NCBI RefSeq assembly: GCF_004010195.1
Contig: NC_057728.1
Coordinates: 50,277,330-50,315,614 of the forward strand
Origin: Chiloscyllium plagiosum
Taxonomy: Eukaryota
Length of the DNA: 38,285 nucleotides
Direction: 5' to 3'
Part shown: positions 23,210 to 33,009 of the stretch, one piece after another
Numbering within the stretch: position 1 is the first letter of the stretch
How the letters are laid out: each line of letters begins with the position of its first letter
Translations under genes and position numbers: made by a program
Notes under the pieces: model-generated
The model's input: the letters and a program-made list of their open reading frames with translations, nothing else
Databases searched by the model: none
Told to the model about the DNA's origin: nothing

Positions 23210-24016
23210 GAGTGATGTTGTAAACATGTATAATATTTCATTACCATTTTTGAATTTGGATTATAAAATAGAGGCAGATGTTTAGGTTTCAGTTTTATGA
23301 AAGTATCTTCTCAAACCACATCAGGCAGACATTTGGAACAGTGCCTGAAGTGTAAAGCATTGGGGAACCCCTGAGGTGTGAATGTATAACATGTCGACAT
23401 TGTGAATACATTAAGGCAATTGGCTTCGCTTTGACTTCTGGCTAAAGGCTCAATTCAGACAAACCCAATTCAGATGATAACAGTTTTCCTCTGGACAGGA
23501 GAACCATGGTTTTCAGGTTCTGTTCTGGGAAGCCTCAGCTCAGCTGAAGTGTTTTCAGGTCTGTGAAGTTTTCAGGCCAGGAGATCTTATATAAAAGTCT
23601 TTAAGTTGTTAGAACTGAAAAGGGTTACCAGGAGATTTGAAAAAGAACCATAAAATTGACTCTGTAGTCCAGGGTGAAAAGGCCAAGAGGTAGTTCAGAA
23701 AAGATTTTAACAAGGTGAGGTAGGAGTGATATTCGTCTAGGATTGAGCTTCTGTAATGGATATTGCTGGGACACAGATTGAAACTCTGTTTTAATGTTTG
23801 TGTTAAGAGCTTTCTAACTGTCTTCTATATATATAGCTATGTTTGTTTATTGCTTCTTTTGTGGAATTAACTTAGCTTCTGTTGTCAAAGAACATTTTCA
23901 GTCTCGTGAATATAGCTCAGTGACAAACCACCCCATTAAAACTAATGGCAAAATTTAAATGCGTGATCCAAATAAACTAGTTTCATTCTGGGATCTGACA
24001 TTTCCATCATCATAAC
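23210..24016 (+). mobile_element. Possible solo LTR
   Basis: TATA-like cttatataaaag at ~23586 and a T-rich U5-like tail ending ggatctgaca...cataac. No TSD confirmed. Confidence 0.3.
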
Positions 24017-24919
24017 CTTGAACTTATTTGAGATGACTTGTATTAGTATTTGGAAGCAATGAAGGCCCTGATGTTTTTCAATACTGTTATCTGCAACAGG
24101 GTGATTTTAAGACCCCATACACACACACACCAGTATATACAATATTAATTTACTCAGACACCTTAACATGTATCAGGAAAGGACGACACAGCACAAGTAT
24201 GCAGGCGCTTAACCAGGTTGCAACTTATTTTAAAAACAGAAAGGATAAGAGTTAAATTTCACACTTTTAACAACTCTATTGCGAACTATCTGATTCTTTA
24301 GAAACTTGAAATACTTCCCAGATACTGGTAACTTTGCTGGGCTGACAAACTGTTCAGTCTATTCCTCCCTTCATGGGTTGTTGATCCCTGCCTCTCTGTC
24401 TCTCTGTCTCTGTCTCTATCTCTAGTCAGAGGGCGAGATGCTCTGGTCACTGCTGAATCCAGATGTGCCTCTGGGTAGGCTGGAGAGCTGGGGCACCCTG
24501 GGTTCTTATAACCTTCTGGTTACCTTTTGGACCTTTCCAAGGACTTGACCAATCATAGGTATCGAGTGAAGTGGCTTTATCACCTTGAAATGGTTCTCGA
24601 TGGTTTGCCCAACAGCAACCCCTTTGATGTGTCTGCTCTTGTGCCTGGAAGTCTGGTTTTATCCCAGAATATACACCTGGTCTTTTGTCTTACAGAGGCA
24701 TGTCTGCCTCATACATCAGTGTTGCTTATTTGTCAAAGTTAAAAATCACACAACACCAGGTTATAGTCCAACAGGTTTAATTGGTTAAAAATTACACAAC
24801 ACACTAGCTAGTGTGCTTCCAATTAAACCTGTTGGACTATAACCTGGTGTTGTATGATTTTTAACTTTGTACACCCCAGTCCAACACCGGCATCTCCGAA
24901 TCAGGTTTAATTGGAAGAA

Positions 24920-24954
24920 CACTAGCTTTCGGAGCGATGCTCCTTCATCAGGTG
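24920..24954 (-). ncRNA. Minimal hammerhead ribozyme, intact core
   Basis: CAC-CUGAUGA-A-GGAGC-AUC-GCUCC-GAAA-GC-UA^GUG. Confidence 0.8.
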
Positions 24955-26061
24955 ATAGTGGAGGGCTTGATCGTAACACATAATTATAGCAAAAATTTAC
25001 AGTGTGATGTAACTGAAATTATACATTGAAAAATTGATTGTCTGTTAAGCCTTTCATCTGTTAGAATACAGTGATAGTTTCACTTCTTTCATGTGTAAAT
25101 CACAAAACCTTTTTATTNNNNNNNNNNNNNNNNNNNNNNNNNNNNNNNNNNNNNNNNNNNNNNNNNNNNNNNNNNNNNNNNNNNNNNNNNNNNNNNNNNN
25201 NNNNNNNNNNNNNNNNNNNNNNNNNNNNNNNNNNNNNNNNNNNNNNNNNNNNNNNNNNNNNNNNNNNNNNNNNNNNNNNNNNNNNNNNNNNNNNNNNNNN
25301 NNNNNNNNNNNNNNNNNNNNNNNNNNNNNNNNNNNNNNNNNNNNNNNNNNNNNNNNNNNNNNNNNNNNNNNNNNNNNNNNNNNNNNNNNNNNNNNNNNNN
25401 NNNNNNNNNNNNNNNNNNNNNNNNNNNNNNNNNNNNNNNNNNNNNNNNNNNNNNNNNNNNNNNNNNNNNNNNNNNNNNNNNNNNNNNNNNNNNNNNNNNN
25501 NNNNNNNNNNNNNNNNNNNNNNNNNNNNNNNNNNNNNNNNNNNNNNNNNNNNNNNNNNNNNNNNNNNNNNNNNNNNNNNNNNNNNNNNNNNNNNNNNNNN
25601 NNNNNNNNNNNNNNNNNNNNNNNNNNNNNNNNNNNNNNNNNNNNNNNNNNNNNNNNNNNNNNNNNNNNNNNNNNNNNNNNNNNNNNNNNNNNNNNNNNNN
25701 NNNNNNNNNNNNNNNNNNNNNNNNNNNNNNNNNNNNNNNNNNNNNNNNNNNNNNNNNNNNNNNNNNNNNNNNNNNNNNNNNNNNNNNNNNNNNNNNNNNN
25801 NNNNNNNNNNNNNNNNNNNNNNNNNNNNNNNNNNNNNNNNNNNNNNNNNNNNNNNNNNNNNNNNNNNNNNNNNNNNNNNNNNNNNNNNNNNNNNNNNNNN
25901 NNNNNNNNNNNNNNNNNNNNNNNNNNNNNNNNNNNNNNNNNNNNNNNNNNNNNNNNNNNNNNNNNNNNNNNNNNNNNNNNNNNNNNTTCAATGTATAATT
26001 TCAGTTACATCACACTGTAAATTTTTGCTATAAATTCTGTTACGATCGAGCCCTCCACTAT

Positions 26062-26096
26062 CACCTGATGAAGGAGCGTCGCTCCGAAAGCTAGTG
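26062..26096 (+). ncRNA. Minimal hammerhead ribozyme, intact core
   Basis: CAC-CUGAUGA-A-GGAGC-GUC-GCUCC-GAAA-GC-UA^GUG. Confidence 0.82.
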
Positions 26097-26610
26097 TGCT
26101 TCCAATTAAACCTGTTGGACTATAACCTGGTGTTGTGTGATTTTTAACTTTGTACACCCCAGTCCAACCCCGGCATCTCCAAATCAGGTTTATTTGTCAG
26201 CAAGTGTTGAATTGTCCTTTCACACTTCCTGATGTGTTCTGGTGCGTCTCTGGTTTCAATTGTCTGAGCTTGGGTGTTGCAAGGACTTGCCCTCCAGGCA
26301 GAATTGTCTCTTGTGTCTGTCTTGGCTCAGGCATTCCCAGCATACTTTGCTCTTTGGCCAATTTTGATGCACTGTTTACTTCAGTTGCTGTGTCTGTATT
26401 TCTGGCTTCCCCTCTTAATGATTTTTATTTCACTGGGGCAGTCGCAAGCTGCTATAATATCAATTCAATTGCAGCATTAATCAGCAAAGGGTCACACCAA
26501 AGAGCTCTGGAACATCTGTTATACAACATAATGGATTTGAAAGGGTTAACGTTGGAAATGGCTAAAAGTCACACAACACCAGGTTATAGTCCAACAGGTT
26601 TATCTGGAAG

Positions 26611-26645
26611 CACTAGCTTTCGGAGCGCTGCTCCTTCATCAGGTG
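26611..26645 (-). ncRNA. Minimal hammerhead ribozyme, intact core
   Basis: CAC-CUGAUGA-A-GGAGC-AGC-GCUCC-GAAA-GC-UA^GUG. Confidence 0.8.
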
Positions 26646-26667
26646 GGTGTGGAGTATATTTCATAAC

Positions 26668-26702
26668 CACCTGATGAAGGAGCAGTGCTCCGAAAGCTAG
26701 TG
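26668..26702 (+). ncRNA. Minimal hammerhead ribozyme, intact core
   Basis: CAC-CUGAUGA-A-GGAGC-AGU-GCUCC-GAAA-GC-UA^GUG. Confidence 0.8.
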
Positions 26703-26947
26703 CTTCCAAATAAACCTGTTGGACTATAACCTGTGTTGCGTGATTTCTAACGTTGTACTCCACTCCAACACCGGCACTTCCACATCATGAAAATTGCATT
26801 AAGCTCCACCCAATCTGATAATGTCATGCATTCATGTTTAGGGTAATTGGAAGACTAGTTCTGGATTTTAAAGAGGACATATATGTCATCAGCTGTCTCT
26901 GAATAGTGTAAGTAACAATGTCTAACAAGCTAACATTGCTGGTACAA

Positions 26948-27962
26948 TGATGATGAGGTCCCAGTGTTGAACTGGGGTAGGCAAAGTTAAAAATCACACA
27001 ACACCAGTTTTGACCAACAGGTTTATTTAGGAGTACTAGCTTTTGGAGTACTGTTCCTTCGCAGGTAGCTAATGGGGCAGGATCATAAGACACAGAATTT
27101 ATAGCACAAGACCACAGTGTCACACAACAGATACGATATATTGAGCAAATCTCGATTGCTGTTAAGTCTTTCAACTTTTAGAATGGGTTGCAGGTTTTAA
27201 TTCATTAATATGTAAATCCCAGAACTTCTTTCAGGTCACATTCCCAAGATAACTTAAAGTTTTTTTTAAAAAGGTGACATCTCAGCTCAGACAATGCAGT
27301 AAAGCTGTGAGGTTAGAGTCTATCTGTATTCCAATCCTAAGTCAGACTGATACTATTTCCAACACATACACTCACACTCTCTCTCTCTCACACACACTCA
27401 CACACACACTCACTCTCACTCTCTCTCTCTCTCTCTCCTTCCCCCACCTCCCCCCTTCACATGCACACATATAGGTCTATGGGTTAATTTGAATTTGCAT
27501 TTGCAGAATTGTATTTGCGGATACATTCTATTTTGTTCAGTCAATGCAGACTGAACATATAACATTGTATAAATTCCTACTTTGGAAATAGAATCAGTCT
27601 GATTCAAGATTGGGATACAGACAGACTCTAACCTCAAACCTTTAATGCATTGTCTGAGCTGAGATGCCACTTACTTTTATAAATCCTTAAATTATCTCGG
27701 GAATGTGACTTGAAAGAAGTTCTGGGATTTACATATTGATGAATCGAAACCTGCAGCCTATTCTAAAAGATGAAAGACTTAACAGCAATTAAGGTTTGTT
27801 CAATATATTGCATCAGTTGTTGCACGACGCTATGAACTTGTGTTATAAATTCTGTGATTTACGATCCTGCCTCGGTAGCTACCTAAGGAAGAAGCAGCGC
27901 TCCAAAAGCTAGTACTTCCAAATAAACCAGTTGGACTACAACCTGGTGTCGTGTGATTTTTA
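26948..27962 (-). mobile_element. ~1-kb fold-back PLE-derived element, ~375-bp inverted arms around a (CA)/(CT) microsatellite, hammerheads decayed
   Basis: ~26986-27362 vs ~27582-27962 are inverted. Perfect 10-bp TSD gctggtacaa at 26938-26947 and 27963-27972. Confidence 0.85.
27362..27437. repeat. Compound (CA)n/(CT)n microsatellite
   Basis: Directly visible. Confidence 0.9.
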
Positions 27963-28790
27963 GCTGGTACAAGATTATGCCATGCAACAAACTACTTCCT
28001 CTCATTAAGACTCATTAGTCGTCGATTTTCTACCACTTGGAGCAAGAAACAAGGAACGGCTGCAGCATCCTTCTTCCCAGTTGTGAAAGGTGCTATATAA
28101 ATATAAGTCCTTTCTTTCACAAATTCCATGCACCCGGCATCTACATGGGCCTGTTGCAGGCAAAGTACTTACTGGTTGTGAAATTCTGTTTGTGTTACAT
28201 TAATTGCTTAATATGAATTATCTGATTATGTAGCACATTTAAACAGCTGGAATGTGTTCATGTTTAAAATTAATGTTTGCAATTGATTTCTCTGCACAAG
28301 CACCAACAGTCAAATATAATATTCCAGGAACTTCTGTGGCAGTGTTACCAGCTGCAATGCCAAGTATAAACAGCACTATCATGTTATCATTGAGGTCTTG
28401 GTCAATGTTATTTGATGGATATATTTAATTATAGATGGTCAGAGGAAGAAAACCAATAGTAGATTATATACTGGAATAAGATGTCAGATTTCTTTGAACA
28501 CAACATTGCTCGGTTATATACTTATGTGATTGTAGCACAGAGACTGGATGATCTTAGATATTGCAGGGTCAGCTGGTAAAATCCTAGAATTTCAAGTGGC
28601 CATTCTGCACATCTTTACATCATACACAAAGAACTTTCATGCTTGGGTTAAGATGCTTTTTGAAAGAAGTAGCACAGACTCAATGGGTTGAATGGCAACT
28701 TTCTGTGCCATATTATTCCATGATGCTGGCGATGTGACTGTGAGTATTACTGTTTAAAGTCTGAGCTAAATTCCATTGAAAGGTAAATTC

Positions 28791-29000
28791 TTTGCTCAAT
28801 ATATCGTATCTGTTGTGTGACACTGTGGTCTTCTGATATAAATTCTGTGTCTTATGATCCTGCCCCATTAGCTACCTGCGAAGGAGCAGTGCTCCAAAAG
28901 CTAGTACTCCTAAATAAACTTGTTGGTCAAAACTGGTGTTGTGTAATTTTTAACTTTGCCCACCCCAGTCCAACACTGGGACCTCCTCATCATTGTACCA
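28791..29000 (+). repeat. 210-bp inverted local copy of 26940-27149
   Basis: Shares private mutations and includes part of the donor's flanking TSD (ttgtacca). Confidence 0.88.
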
Positions 29001-29624
29001 CAAAGGAGAGGTCTTGTGACACTGTAGGATAGTGTCCCTATCTCTGGATCAGAAGCCCCACTCCAGGACTTGTTGACCATGGAAAGTGTGACCATAATGT
29101 GGACAAACAGATTGATAATCATCATGTAAATCCTTCCAATACACCCGATAGCAGACATTAAGTATAGGAGAGTCTCCTGGTTGTTGTAATGTTGTAGCTA
29201 AACTAAGTTTTCAGATAAGGACTATTGGCACCATGTTGTATAAGCTAGCTGGACTCTTGGTCACCATCAGGAAGATTTGCTGTCACCGTCTTCCTTTTAG
29301 ATTGAGATCTACAGGGTCAGTCTGGTCTGGTGAGGAATGCACTGGGTAATCTAATGAGTAGAGGCCTCAAGATGTAGCTTATTACATGATCTATTCTATG
29401 TACATATTACACAGATGATGTATGATGGCAATCAGGCAGAAGGTACATTGGTATTCATAGACATTGTTATAAAGACCATGAAAGCACCTCTCAATAAGGG
29501 ATCTGTCTCTTTTGAGATCCCGAACTCTGCCTTTTCCCTATACAAGTCCTTATTTTATCAAGAGATTTGCTGGAACTTAAATTAATCTTCAACGTTAAAC
29601 CTCTTTAGAACCAATTGCTCTTCT

Positions 29625-30077
29625 CAAGATGGCAAGAAACTGGAGAGAGTTGTGGACACAGCCCAGTTCGTCACACAAACCAGCCTTCTATCCACTAACT
29701 CCATCTTTATTTCCTGCTGTCTCAAAAAAATCAACAAACATAATCAAAGATTGCTCCCATCTCAGTTATACTCTCATTCACTCTCTTCTGTCAGGCAAAA
29801 GTTTGAATAAAAAGATTGAATACACGTATGAACAGATTCAAGAACAGCTTCTTTTCCACTGTTATCAGATTTTTGAACCAACCTCTCAAATGATTACTGT
29901 TAACCTCCCTCTCTCTCTGCACCTTCTCTGCGGCTGTAATACTATGTTCTGCACTCTGTTCTGCTACCCTGATGCACTTTGCCTGGATATAATCTGCCTG
30001 GATAGCACACAAAACAACACTTCTCACTGTATCTTGGTATATGTGACAACAATAAATCAAGCTCAAACTCAAACTCA
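29625..30077 (+). mobile_element. Rex1/Babar-clade LINE 3' end
   Basis: Frameshifted KKLERVVDTAQFVTQTSLLS...NIIKDCSHLSYTLIHSLLSGK resembles the Rex1 IIKDPSHP..LF..LPSGRR motif. Ends aataaatcaagctcaaactcaaactca. Confidence 0.75.
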
Positions 30078-30281
30078 TTACCTTGGGTAGCAGTGGTCAG
30101 CCATCCTGCAGACACCAATGGTAAACATTGCAGTATTTTGCCCATTAACATGGGTCAATCCAATAGGAGTTCATAGCCAAACCCTTGGGAGCAGAAGAAA
30201 TGACAGACAGACTTTCCCAAAAGGACATGGCCAGCTGTTGAAAGGTCATGGGTCTGAAGCATTAACTCTGTCTTTTTCTAT

Positions 30282-30564
30282 GGGGCAGCTCGGTGGCTCA
30301 GTGGTTAGCACTGCTGCCTCATAGCGATTGTGTGGAGTTTGCACATTCTCCCCGTGTCTGCGTGGGGTTTCCTCCGGGTGCTCCAGTTTCCTCCCACAGT
30401 CTGAAGATCTGCAGGTCAGGTGAATTGGCCATGCTAAATTGCCCATGGTGTTAGGTGCATTAGTCAGAGGGAAGTGGGTCTGGGTGGGTTTCTCTTCGGA
30501 GGGTCGGTGTGGACTTGTTGGGCCGAAGGGCCTGTTTCCACACTGTAGGGAATCTAATCTAATC
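30282..30564 (+). mobile_element. HE1-type SINE with internal deletion of the B-box region
   Basis: Head, core and (ctaat)n tail are as in the other copies. Confidence 0.88.
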
Positions 30565-31194
30565 TCTCTACACCCATTCTGACAGGCCTGCTGATTGTTT
30601 CAAGACCTTTCTGTTTTTTAATATTAATGAAAGTATTAAACCAGGGGATACACAGAAGGCCAGAGTAGGGAAAAGGTGGAGATGTTCTAGTGTGGTGCAG
30701 TGGAAGGAGATCACAGAGACAAGGGTAGATGTGAGGCCAAGGAAGGATATCAAAACAAGGGCAAGAATGTTAAAAGAAACAGTCTTTTCCATTATAGGCA
30801 TTTTGGTAAAGTTTTACTGCAGCAGTGTTCCCAAACATAAAAACTGCATTGATAAGTGATTTGCTGAAGCTGATGGAGCAAGTATATCCTTAATAAACCA
30901 GTCAATTCCGTGGAACTAAACCTTTCAACATCTCGTTATTTCCCACAATCCTTTCTCCCTCTGATAACTTTAACTTTAGGAACAAACCTGCATCTGGGGT
31001 TTATGTTGAACAGAGTACTGAACTACTTGCCGTAAAAAAAAATCTCATTTTATTGTTCAAACTATGAACCTCTTGAATTGAATCCTTCAAATGAAAATGC
31101 AATGTTAATTCAAAACGCATGAAAGTTTAAACCATTGAAACCTATAACACAGAAAGTGTTTATTGGGTGATTGCACCAATGAAGATGAACTCCA

Positions 31195-31750
31195 TTTTGT
31201 CTGTCCAGTCTGTGTACAGGTAGGACCCTGACCTTCCCGAAGTCGGTCATTTTAACACAGCGTGCTGCTCACATGCCCCACATGTCTGTCCCCTCAGCAT
31301 GCTGCAGCGTTCTAATTATCACAGCACCAACAGGAGGAACAACATCTCATCTGCAGACTAGACACTTCACAGCCTTCTGGACTTCATATTGCATTCAACA
31401 CCTTGAAATTGTGAACCATTTCTTCCTTTTCTTTTAGCTTGTTATCATGTCCTCTCCTCCCAGTTACTACCCTTTCAGTCTGGCAAGGGACACACCATTG
31501 TTCTGCTAGTCTCACATTCCGATCACTTAATCTGAATTACTAACATCTTTTCTCCCACTGCACCCACTCTACACCCACTACCCGCAACAATCCATCCCCC
31601 AAATTATTGCATAAATGCTGTCTCCTCCACACTTCAGTTCACCTAGACTCAAACCGATAGCTTGCTCTCTCTCCATGGATGCTGTCTGACTCGCTGTGAG
31701 CTCCAGCAATTGTTTTCAGTACAGGCTCCAGCAACTAGCGTAATTTACTC
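31195..31750 (+). mobile_element. Old Penelope-like element 3' portion
   Basis: DPDLPEVGHFNT and EEQHLICRLDTSQPSGLHIAFN (GIY-YIG C-terminus, homologous to 1620-1695), with ggatgctgtctgactcgctg terminus. The hammerhead is largely deleted. Confidence 0.7.
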
Positions 31751-32339
31751 CTCATTTTGTTTCCTTTCTCTCCGCTGGCATTTGTTTCATTCGGTCCTTC
31801 ATATTTCTGTCGGCCAGGGTTTACATGATGCTGCGCGGCGTGTTTTCAGTATTGGGGGAGGTACGTAATGCAGGGCAGGTGCTCAGTCCATCACCTTTCC
31901 CGCCTCTCCTGAGCTCAGCCCTCCCAGTCGGCAGGCTGTGTGATCACTGAAACAAATGGGCACACCCTCCCCAGGGAAATGAACAAGGAAGGATCATTCG
32001 AGTTGGTTAAAAGTCCCACGTTGACCCAAAAATGACCCTACACACGCCATAATACAGTGGTTTGGGCAGAAGTGTGCAGCCAGCTATATTTTTCAAGGTT
32101 ATAAAAGTGCAAGGTGAAGAGAGTGCTATCTTTGGAAGATGCTGTTTGTCCATTGGGGAATCCCTGAGAAGTAAGTGCAGCCACCGCCCCCACTGCCACT
32201 GCCATTCCCTCTTCCTAGCCCAAAGCACATCCACTGCAATGCCCTTGGCCAAGGATTCCATTCACTGGCCCCTCTGCAGTTCCAGCAATATCAACTAGGG
32301 AGATCCAGCATTGGCAGGAGCAATCGACCTACCTGCCAG

Positions 32340-32436
32340 TTTGATTTGAAAAGTGTGGTGCTGGAAAAGCGCAGCGTGTCAGTCAGCATCCGAGGAGCAG
32401 GAAAATCAACATTTCGGGCATAAGCCCTTCTTCAGC
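32340..32436 (-). mobile_element. PLE terminal fragment with decayed hammerhead
   Basis: Minus strand CTGAAGA-A-GGGC-TTAT-GCCC-GAAA-TG-TT-GA at ~32406-32436. Confidence 0.7.
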
Positions 32437-33009
32437 CTGATTGTCTGGCAGCTCTGGAGGTGGGACATCCTGCCGCTGATGGCCAGAGTTCCCACTCCAC
32501 TCACTTAGTCATTCATGCTGTCTGTAGGGTTAGGCTTCTTTTTAGCCTGACCACTCACCACCAGCTTTTCATCCAGTGATGGGATGTGTGTGCCCTTGTA
32601 AACATCCACCCTCTCTTTCCCTTGTGCATTCAGATGTTCATCATCCAGGCATTCACACCTCCTGTAGACATGTCTTATATTTCTTTACCTGTCCCACTAC
32701 CACCCACATTAGCCTTGCACTGTGTACTCCTTTGTCATTTACTCATACGTGAGGAATAAGGGAATGATCAGGGAGAAGGTAGGACCGATCAGGGATAACG
32801 CAGGGAACTTGTGCATGGAGTTTGAGCAGATAGGGGAAGTCCTAAGTGAGTTTTTTGCTTCATTTTTCACTAAGGAAAGGGACCTTGTTGTGAATGAGAA
32901 CCTGAGGAGCTGGGAAACAGGCTTGAACAGATCAAGATCGATTAAGTTGATGAGCTGGAAATTTTGGCAAATATTAAGATTGCTAAGTCCCCAGGGCGAG
33001 ACCAGATTT

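Larger units (their letters stand above)
24736..26189 (+). mobile_element. Fold-back PLE-derived insertion (long inverted arms, centre in assembly gap) with two intact hammerheads and a nested self-insertion
   Basis: 24902-25031 is the reverse complement of ~25987-26113. 10-bp TSD ttatttgtca at 24726-24735 and 26190-26199. Confidence 0.85.
26563..26788 (+). mobile_element. Compact fold-back PLE insertion with two intact hammerheads
   Basis: 26567-26646 is the reverse complement of 26667-26745, with a ~20-nt spacer. The flanks tggaaatggc / tgaaaattgc may be a decayed TSD. Confidence 0.85.

Noticed and set aside
25071..26033. Long ORFs of 292-320 aa
   Set aside because: Artefacts of translating the N gap. 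The same applies to ORFs across 9080-9200, 14276-14479 and 34545-34992.
31208..31218. Plus-strand micro-exon (ccag|TCTGTGTACAG|gtagga)
   Set aside because: It lies within the old PLE coding remnant and is opposite to the other exon candidates.
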